A DNA stretch of 64,000 nucleotides from assembly GCA_951406725.2 (NCBI GenBank), contig OX597828.1, positions 14,942,001 to 15,006,000 on the forward strand. Direction: 5' to 3'. The notes under the pieces were generated by a model. That model saw nothing but the letters and a program-made list of their open reading frames with translations, ran no database searches and was not told where the DNA came from. Source of the DNA: Octopus vulgaris. Lineage: Eukaryota. How positions within the stretch are numbered: the first letter of the stretch is position 1; the number at the start of each line of letters is the position of its first letter. The position numbers and the translations under genes are program-made. Of this stretch, positions 55,302 through 64,000 are shown piece by piece.

Positions 55302-55603
55302 TGTAAAAAGCACCATCTGACCGTGGCCATTGCCAGCTTCGTCTGGTCTCCGTGCCGGTGGCACGTAAAAAGCACCATCCGATTGTGGCCGTTCGCCAGC
55401 CTTGTCTGGCACCTGTGCTGGTGGCACGTAAAAAGCACCCACTACACTCACGGAGTGGTTGGTGTTAGGAAGGGCATCCAGCTGTAGAAACACTGCCAAA
55501 TCAGACTGGGCCTGGTGCAGCCTTCTGGCTTCCCAGACCCCAGTTGAACCGTCCAACCCATGCTAGCATGGAAAGTGGACGTTAAATGATGATGATGATG
55601 ATG
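55302..55603 (+). mobile_element. RTE LINE 3' UTR copy inserted inside a SINE
   Basis: Shared core and (GAT)n tail; splits the minus-strand SINE at 55180-55908. Confidence 0.82.
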
Positions 55604-55911
55604 ACCCCTGGACTTATTCTTTGTAAGCCTGGTACTTATTCTGTTGGTCTCTTTTGCTGAACCGATAAGTTATGGGGGCATAAACACACCAAGTTCACTT
55701 GTCAAGTGATGGAGGAGGGACAAACACAGACAGAAACACACAAATATATACATATATTTTGGTTTCCGTCTACCAAATCTACTCACAAGGCTTTGGTCGG
55801 CCTAAGGCTATAGTAGAAGACACATGCCCAGGATGCCTCACTGTGGAACTGAACCCAGAACCATGTGGTTGGGAAGCAAACTTCTCACGACACAGCCACG
55901 CCTGCACCTAT

Positions 55912-55945
<34 letters not shown>

Positions 55946-55949
<4 letters not shown>

Positions 55950-56140
55950 ATCCAAACAAGAAAGCACAAAAAAACAACAACGTGAGGACGTGGAACAAAT
56001 ATAGTATTATTGGATGCTCAGGAAAGAAGGGGGGTTTAACGCTTCGAGCGGAGCTCTTCGTCAGAAACATAGGAAAAGGAAAGATCCAGAGAAGGGAAGA
56101 CAGAGGAAAAAAAATCGCCAACAGTACACACGGGGTCACA
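55946..56140 (-). mobile_element. small (TA)n-embedded element with a minimal hammerhead-like motif (56034-56068)
   Basis: Minus strand GTTT-CTGACGA-A-GAGC(TCC)GCTC-GAAG-CGTT-AAAC; (TA)n flanks. Confidence 0.72.
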
Positions 56141-56879
56141 TATATATATATATAGACACACACACACATACAGACATGCAGTTTCTTTGTACCAGTTTCA
56201 CTCCCAAGACATTAGGCAGTCTGAGACTATTACAGGAGACATTTGTTGGATAGAATCTAAGAAGCCATGCAATGGGGTATTTATCATCATTTCAGTATCC
56301 ACTTTATCATGCTTAAATGTCTCTCAGACGTTTATTGAAGCAGGTTTTTTACAACCTGATGCCTATCCTGTCACAAATCCTCTCAATGCCAAGCAAGGTA
56401 ATATTTCCCTATGGTCAGACATGTTTTTCACAGAAGATTGGAAACAAAGGAAATTGCTTCTATGACTGACACTTGTTTACAACTATCAAGCAATGTTGAG
56501 GCTTAGACACACACACACACATATGCTCACACATGCATACATATTTGGCCTGCTCACCTAGCCAGCAAGGTGACATCATTTGAAAGCTACAAGGCATGGA
56601 AGTGCCTTGCCACCAGTAATGTGTAACAACATCTGATAGTTCAATCAATGCAATGATACACACATACACACACGTATTTGTATGCATATATGTGTGTGTA
56701 TATGTATGTATACAATGGGATTCTTTCAGCTTCCATCTACCAAATCCACTCATAAAGCTTTGGTCAGCTCAAGACTATGTTAGAAGCCACTTAGCCAAGA
56801 TGCCACACAGTGGGAATGAACCAGTAACTATATGGTTCGAGAGTGAACTTCTTAACCACACAGCCATGGACAAAATATA

Positions 56880-57250
56880 CATAACAAACTTCAGAAGTAA
56901 CAAACTGCCAGACCAAGTTATGAAAGTAACAGAAAGCATCATAGCACAACTATTTAGAATGAAAATTAACTTAGATGACAGTTTGGGTTTAATGCCAAGA
57001 TGATGTAGCTCCGATGCTCTCTTCCTAGTGAGACATGTAAGCAAGGCCTTAAAGAACATACCTAGCATTTTTTGAGCTGGAGAAGGCTGGTTATTAGAGG
57101 AATCAAATATGTGAGAGAGAAGACTTAGCTAATGGAGCCATGTGATGAATATGGAGGATAATAATTGGGTAATGCAATCCAAGTGGAAGAAATATTTGGA
57201 GAAGGATGACATGAGAGGTGAAAGCCGATAGCAAGTGGTGAAACACTGTA
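56880..57250 (+). mobile_element. RTE LINE fragments
   Basis: NFRSNKLPDQVMKVTESIIAQL..INLDD..GLMPR, homologous to the 28750/29720 region, followed by a decayed C-terminal piece. Confidence 0.65.
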
Positions 57251-57497
57251 CTGAAGAAAACCCATCCAATGTAAACAAACATAGGAAAATAGATTAAATA
57301 CATGCTTATTAAATATATGGATTAGATATAAGATGTACGTATGTATTTATATACACATACACACACACACACATATATAAATGTTTTTATAAAACATAGA
57401 TTTATATTTGTATAAATATTATATATATGGCGGTGCCCCAGTATGGCCACAGCTCATTAGCTGAAACTGGAAAATCAAAATCAAATCAAACATATGT

Positions 57498-57875
57498 AGG
57501 CATAAGAGTGGCTGTGTGGTAAGTAGCTTGCTTACGAACCACATGGTTCCAGGTTCAGTCCCACTGCGTGGTACCTTGGGCAAGTGTCTTCTACTATAGC
57601 CTCGGTCTGACCAAAGCCTTGTGAGTGGATTTGGTAGATGGAAACTGAAAGAAGCCCGTCGTATATATGTATATATATATGTGTGTGTGTCTGTGTTTGT
57701 TCCCCCAACATTGCTTGACAACTGATGCTGGTGTGTTTACATCCCTGTAACTAAGCAGTTCGGCAAAAGAGACCGATAGAATAAGTACTAGGCTTACAAA
57801 GAATAAGTTGATTTGTTCGACTAAAGGCGGTGCCTCGGCATGGCCACAGTCAAATGACTGAAATAAGTAAAAGAG
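57498..57875 (+). mobile_element. SINE family A copy
   Basis: Full head and tail. Confidence 0.88.
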
Positions 57876-58110
57876 TATATAAAGTTAATATGTATAAATA
57901 ACTGTAAAATGTATATGTACACATAATATAAATTGTGTGTACGCATGTGTGTGAATATTTATGAATATAAAAACACTTCTATTTGAGAGCAGCTGCTATG
58001 TCATCAAATCCATTCTTTCATTTCATGTTGGAATCCAGATTGATCTCAGTGCCTTTGAATTGAAGATAGACAAAACTTGGTTGGGTGTGAAGCCATGTTA
58101 TGTACCTTAA

Positions 58111-58329
58111 CCCTTTAGTGTTCAGATTATTCTATCAAATATAATGCTTATTGATTAACATTGATTTGAATTAATCATGCATTATCTCATATCTCCAAGA
58201 TCTTGATGGTGTAATTACTTAATGTAGAATAACATTGTAGGGTGGATGTGAGGGCCTGGATCTGGTCAGTTTGAACATAAAACAGATTAAATATTTTGGC
58301 CGGATATGGCCGGTTTAAGTACTAAAGTG
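58111..58329. mobile_element. piggyBac-like MITE, second family
   Basis: TTAA-CCCTTTAGT...ACTAAAGTG-TTAA. Related copies at ~28040-28255, 49321-49500 and 62425-62654. Confidence 0.65.
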
Positions 58330-58584
58330 TTAATTATATATAGTTATTCAATGACAAACACTCGGCTAACAGGAAGCAGTATTTATATATGTATGTGTGT
58401 GTATGTATGTATGTCTTTGTATGTGTACAATCATTACTATTTCAATGAAAAGCTATACATACATACATGTATGTACATGCAAACCTCTTATATATAGATT
58501 TAAATGTAAACCCACATATTAACACACATTGAATTTGAATCCTTTTTCCAAGTATTATTTGAAATTTTTGAATTTTATTTCCAG

Positions 58585-58679
58585 ACCTCCTGTCATATTA
58601 GGAGTAACAAATCCTTTCTTTGCCAAAACCCTTCAACATTGGCCTCATATCATCAGAATTGGTGAGATGTGTGCAACAG
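58585..58679 (+). CDS. DENND6: DENND6 exon ([32 protein letters not shown])
   Basis: Acceptor tttccag, donor gtatgt. 95 nt, phase 2 to 1. Highly conserved [24 protein letters not shown] motif. Confidence 0.97.
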
Positions 58680-58829
58680 GTATGTTCATATTTCCTCACC
58701 TATTTCCCTTTGCTTCTATCATCTGTTACTAATTGAATTGAACCAACAAGAGAGCTTGTTAGAAATAGAAAGTAAATCTTGCTCTCTTTCTGCTAACTTA
58801 AAATAAAAAGCAAAGAGACATTGGATAAT

Positions 58830-59335
58830 TATTTACATTCGATGGATATTTGTCCTCATCTTGTTTGTTGTTAACATGTTTTGGCTGATATACCCTCCAG
58901 CCTTCTTCAGGTGTCTTGGGGAAATTTAGAACCTGGGTTCTCATTCCTAAGGTATTTTTCGATGTTGTTGTTATTATTATTATTATTATTATTATTGTTG
59001 TTGTTGTTGTTCAGGTCACTGCTTGGAATCAAACTTGGAATCTTGGGGTTAGTAGCCCGTAATCTTAACCACTACGCCATATGCTCGTGGGCATATGGCG
59101 AGTTCGATTCCAAGCAGTGACCTGAACACTAACAACAACAATAATAATAATGATAATAATAATAACATCAAAAAATACCTTAGGAATGAGAATCCAGGTT
59201 CGAAATTTCCCCAAGACACCTGAAGAAGGCTGGAGGGTATATCAGCCGAAATGCTGTGTTAACAACAAACAAGATGAGGACAAATATCTGTCGAATGTAA
59301 ATAATGTGCATAATTCCTCATCTCTTAAATATAGA
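58830..59335. mobile_element. palindromic (head-to-head) element with a tRNA-like head and hammerhead-like tail
   Basis: ~200-bp inverted arms; 12-bp TSD ACATTGGATAAT (58818-58829, 59336-59347). Confidence 0.8.
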
Positions 59336-60053
59336 ACATTGGATAATATATAGAAAAACTAATATGGAATGGTCACAGCTGGAAACTGGAACTCCTTTGA
59401 TCATAAGTCTGCTCAGTCAGAGCTGAATTTGGGTTGAACAATAACAACTACCACTTGCTGGCTTAATACAATAATAATGAGTAGAGAGGTGGCCATGTGA
59501 ATAAGGTATTAGATTTTTTGCTAAGTAAAACTACTTCAAATCCATTGCTAGTGTTTCAGTGTCTCTCTGGGAACAACAGTATATTCTACAATGCTTCAAC
59601 TATGATTTACTCATCAACTTCATACCATGAAATGAGAACTAAACCCTGGCTCTCAACAAATCCTTCTTGATGTAGGAGACACAAACATAATGGGTTCTCA
59701 GAATGTTTTTTTTTTTTTTTAAATGAAACATTATAAACAGCAATGAACTGTGATAAATTTTTAATTAATGCTCAATAATAAGCTATCTGTTGTTTTTCTA
59801 TCCTCTAGAAAACCAAATTCAGGAACCAAATTTTTGTAAGTTTTGTTAAGTTTTGTGTAAATTTAGAGTCACTTTTAGAACACTATAGATAACCATTTGT
59901 TAATGTATTTTTAAGCACTAAATATAATTAACTTACGAATTAGCAACATCAACAATAAACTAGGATTGCAGAAACCAATGAGGGAAAACTCTACAAAGTT
60001 GCTTCCACATGCTAGAAATAGCAGCCCAATCACCCTCAAATCATACGCTACAG

Positions 60054-61039
60054 CAATGATTCCCAACCATTTTTTTTTTTACTTATGAACCCCTTTGATT
60101 CCTATTTCATTTGGGTGCACCCTCTTGACCATATATTGTTTTAAAAAAAATTCTATTATATTGTTCATCATCATCATCATTTAATGTCTGTTTTCCACGC
60201 TAGCATGGGTTGGACGGTTCGACTGGGGTCTGGAAGGCATAGTGGCTGCACCAGGCTCTAGTCTGATTTGGCAGTGTTTCTACAGCTGGATGCCCTTCCT
60301 AACGCCAACCACTCCATGAGTGTAGTGAGTGCTTTTTACGTGCCACCGGCACGGGCCAGAGCTGGCTGGCAAATGGCCACGATCGGTTGGTGCTTTTATG
60401 TGTCACCGACACTGACGCCAGTCAGGCGGCGCTGGCATCTGCCACATTCGGACGGTGCTTTTTACGTGTCACTGGCACTGGTGTCTTAACTGCAACTTCC
60501 ATTTGAATTTTTATTTTGATGTTGATGTACTTGACTCAAGAACAGCGGGTCACTCTACGATCCAAGGTTAGCACAGCAGGCCGTCCTGCGAGCCATGAAC
60601 TCACTTCATTTGTCGGGTCTTCAAAGTCACAGCATATCTCCAGAGGTCTCAGCCTTTCATCATAGCATCTGTGAGACTCAGAGTACGAAGGTCATGCTTG
60701 ACCACCTCATCCCATGTCTTCCTGGGTCTACCTCTACCCAGGATTCTTTCAACAGTTTGGGAGTGGCACTTCTTCACACATCTCTCTTCATCCATCCACA
60801 GTACATGACCATACCAATGCAATCGTCTCTCCTGCACGCTGCATCCTATGTTTCTTACGCCCAACATTTCTCTCAGGGCGCTTACACTCTGTCGTGCATG
60901 GACACTTTTATAATTGAATATTGTTAGGAATTGTATAAAAATATGTCAAAATATTTTGTGTATTATAGAAGTGTAACCAATTCATTGCACATAAATTTAA
61001 ACAGTAAAATCTTATATAGACCCTGGTTGAAAACCACTG
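60054..61039. mobile_element. hAT-type MITE split by an RTE LINE
   Basis: CAATGATTCCCAACC ... GGTTGAAAACCACTG; 8-bp TSD cgctacag / ctctacag. Confidence 0.75.
60166..60905 (-). mobile_element. RTE LINE 3' end: ORF2 C-terminus, long 3' UTR and (GAT)n tail
   Basis: RRLHWYGHVLWMDEERCVKK...GRGRPRKTWDEVVKHDL is contiguous with the GGAAGGGCATCCAGCTGTAGAAAC...AACCCATGCTAGC..GGAAA repeat and the GAT tail. Confidence 0.9.
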
Positions 61040-61921
61040 CTCTACAGCAAGGATACATTGAATGATGTAATCCTAGATACATTGTATCTGAAAAAAATAT
61101 GGCTTGGTCACAGCAAGAATTCCTTCAATCATAGCCTTCGATTTGCTTGACCAGGATTCATTCAGACCTAAAACAACAACAACAACTATAATTAAAATAT
61201 CAATCTCTGGTGTAACAATAACTTATCTTTCTTCTTTAACAACCAAGCTTGAGATTTCTTGTACTGAATGAACTACTGTATTAGATCTCACTTATGTCAC
61301 CTGTTAAGTACCTTTTATGTCTGATGTGGCACTTGTTATTTCAAGTGTGGCCACTCTTGTCTCACCTGTCAAATGTTTTAAGTCAGCTTGAACTAGTTAG
61401 GCACCTTTTATTGCCTATTCCGACATCTGTTACCATGGCTACATCAACTTCTTATCTCAGTTGTGACACCTGTTACCTCAATGATTTCATGATCTGTTAC
61501 TTTAACTGTGACACTTCTTATCTACCTCAGCTGTGCAACTTGTGAAACACAATGGCTCTTAGTCATTTTGAATTTGTGCCACACTGGAGATCAAATTAAA
61601 AAAATTACTTGTGCACATCACATGGACAGTTTTTAAACAAAAAAAAAACAACTATTCTAACTCTTTTGATACCAACCTGCTTGAAACCGCTTCTGGCTCT
61701 ATAGTACAAATTTCTTGCTTTCAAAAGTTCTGAATTAAAATCTTCCACCAAACCTTAGTCACAATTTATGTTCCTAACATGAGCTCAATGATAACTAAGT
61801 TATTTTACTAAATTCTTTGTTATATTTTAAATTAATTGAAAGAAACACAGACCATCTCAACAGAAATATGGTAACAAAAGGGTTAAATTTAAACACTTAG
61901 AAAATATATATATATATTATA

Positions 61922-62325
61922 GGCGTAGAAGTGGCTGTGTAGCAAGTAGCTTGCTTACAAACCACATGGTTCCAGGTTCAGTCCCACTGTGGGGCACCTT
62001 GGGCAAGTGTCTTCTACTATAGCCTCAGGCCGACCAAATCCTGAGTGGATTTGGTAGACGGAAACTGAAAGAAGCCCATCGTATATATGTGTGTGTGTGT
62101 ATATATATGTATATGTGTGTGTATATGTTTGTGTGTCAGTGTTTGTCCCCCCAATATCACTTGACAACCGATGCTGGTTTGTTTACGTCCCCGTAACTTA
62201 GCGGTTCAGCAAAAGAGACCGATAGAATAAGTACTGGGCTTACAAAGAATAAGTCCAGGGGTCGATTTGCTCGACTAAAGGCGGTGCTCCAGCATGGCCA
62301 CAGTCAAATGACTGAAACAAGTAAA
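61922..62325 (+). mobile_element. SINE family A copy
   Basis: Full head and tail. Confidence 0.88.
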
Positions 62326-63782
62326 CTAGGTTATTATTTTAATAATCATGCTTGTGTATAACAAAATTAAGACTAACATATTTTTTCAAGACTCCCAGGA
62401 ATTAATACGGATTTCTAATGCCTTGGCCTATTAGTATTCTGATTATTCTGTCAAATATAAAGCTTCTGTATTCACACCACTTTAAACTAATCGATTAATT
62501 ATTATTTAATGTTTTGAGATTTCAATGATGTGATTTTGATTTTTAAAATGATACACTGTAAGGTAGCTATGAAAGACCATACCTGACTCGGTTGAAGATA
62601 AAGCAGGTAGAATATTTTGGTTGGATATAGCTGGTATAAACACTAAAGGGTTAAATTGTATTTTTAAAATGTGTAATGCACTTAGATACCCCTTGCAACA
62701 CACTGGTGTTCTTCAGTGCACTGTTTGAAAACCCCTGGTGAGAATTCTTATTTCATATGGTGTAGATATCCTTAGATTATTTTCTCCCCAAACAATACTT
62801 AGCCAACCACTTAGTCAACCTTGCATGATATATTAAAAGCATTGTCATAGCTTTCCTTTCTGTTATTTCTAGTTTCTGTTGTATTATATTTTCAATATCT
62901 TTTAACATCCTTCATAAAATAACAGCCACTTGTAGAAGGTGTAAAAAGTAAATAAATGCTGATATTCTGGGAGGAGGGAGTTTATTGAGGGTTTGCTATT
63001 AGTGGTTATCAATAAAACTGGAACAGCTGTAGTTAAAGTAAAATAGGGCAACTGCCATTGTTGTGTAGTAGTGCAACTGGAGTACTGAAAGGGCAGTTGA
63101 TATTGGGGTAAGATTGGGCAACTGATATTGGTATAAGGTAGGACAACTGGCATTGCATTGTGGTAGGGTAATGGTACAAGAGTATGGTGGAATCACTAAT
63201 GCTGGAGTAAGGTCAGTCATCTCTGGACAAGAATTAGAAGGAGCATTTGTCAGTAGTAAGGTGAATCAGGTTTCTATGAAATACTTAAAGCAGCTGTTGT
63301 TGGGGTAAAGCAGAACAACTGATGTCAAAGTGAAGTAGTAAAGCTCTGGGTTGATTTTTATGAGGAGCAGCTTGGATTAAATAAGGTGGGGCATGTTTCA
63401 AGAAAAGTAAGGTAGCCAGCATTGAAGTAAAGTGGGGAAGATGAGATCAAAGTGATGTAGAGCAGTGGGTCTTTGGAGTTATCTGAGGCTATTGGCATTG
63501 CAGAAAAGGTGAATGCAAAGTTATTAATGTAAGGTTGTTTGGGGGGGGGTGTCTGTTCACATCCCTTCCCATATCCATTTACTTTTGATAGCCTGAATTT
63601 AATCTAAAATTCTCAGGTAAGAGGGGCATCAGCCGTAAAAAAGCAATTTTTCTAACAAATAAATTTTCCAACCTGACAAATGTATGGGTAAAATGAATGT
63701 AGAACAGTAATGAAGAAAGTGTTTTAAGAAATGAAATTCGTAAAAGTTTTGGACATAACTGTAAATTTTCATTCAAGAGACA

Positions 63783-63938
63783 CTAAGTCATTTTTAATGA
63801 TGGAACTCCTAATCGCTAAAGCTATAGCATGTAGAATATTGGCTTAAAGCCCTATCATTATAGAGCTTTAAGCCAATATTCTACATGCTATTATTAGGGC
63901 TTTAGCTACTTTGAGTTCCATTGTAAAAAGTGATTTAC
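63783..63938. repeat. inverted repeat / long hairpin
   Basis: Perfect 27-bp arms at 63824-63850 and 63865-63891, with imperfect outer extensions. Confidence 0.9.
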
Positions 63939-63985
63939 TTCATACCTGTAAGTATAAATAAGAGTTTGAAATATTAACTTTTCAG

Positions 63986-64000
63986 TTGGTTCTTCAAATC
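63986..64000 (+). CDS. possible start of the next DENND6 exon (V-GSSN...), truncated by the window edge
   Basis: Branch-point-like attaac followed by ttttcag. Open in phase 1, but only 15 nt are visible and there is no homology support. Confidence 0.3.

Noticed and set aside
59020-59090. Possible tRNA gene (also heads at 32015, 8290 and 11565)
   Set aside because: A/B boxes are present but no convincing acceptor stem; each runs into a SINE body.
63592-63616. AG...GTAAGA-bounded 25-nt micro-exon candidate
   Set aside because: In the required phase 1 it reads GCC TGA, an immediate stop.
881-63776. Most ORFs in the supplied track (for example recurring ...VSVYQIHSQGFGRP..EDTCPRC... and ...LQLDALPNANHS... 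peptides, YIYI/HTHT runs)
   Set aside because: They are translations of SINE or LINE-UTR copies and microsatellites; recurrence reflects repeat homology, not a gene family.

Overview
AT-rich, repeat-dense eukaryotic DNA. The SINE and LINE families look like those of Octopus (recognised from memory, not database-checked). The only host gene is a DENND6/FAM116-family Rab GEF on the + strand. Eleven internal coding exons (7476-58679, 856 nt, all GT-AG, phases compatible) splice into one open frame; the start and stop codons lie outside the window, and a 12th exon may begin at 63986. The introns contain a decayed Gypsy (Mag-like) LTR element carrying a nested RTE LINE tail, further RTE, CR1-like and HERO-like non-LTR fragments, an internally deleted mariner, two Helitron derivatives, hAT- and piggyBac-type MITEs, many tRNA-derived SINEs and microsatellites. 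The most notable non-standard signals are: (i) three ~190-240 bp elements inserted in (TA)n tracts, each with a minimal hammerhead-ribozyme motif of the Penelope type and a covarying stem I; (ii) a ~500 bp palindromic element with a 12-bp TSD that joins a tRNA-like Pol III head to a hammerhead tail; (iii) a local duplication that preserves the empty site of one hammerhead element; (iv) a perfect 27-bp-stem hairpin near the window end. Almost all entries in the supplied ORF track are artefacts of repeats.
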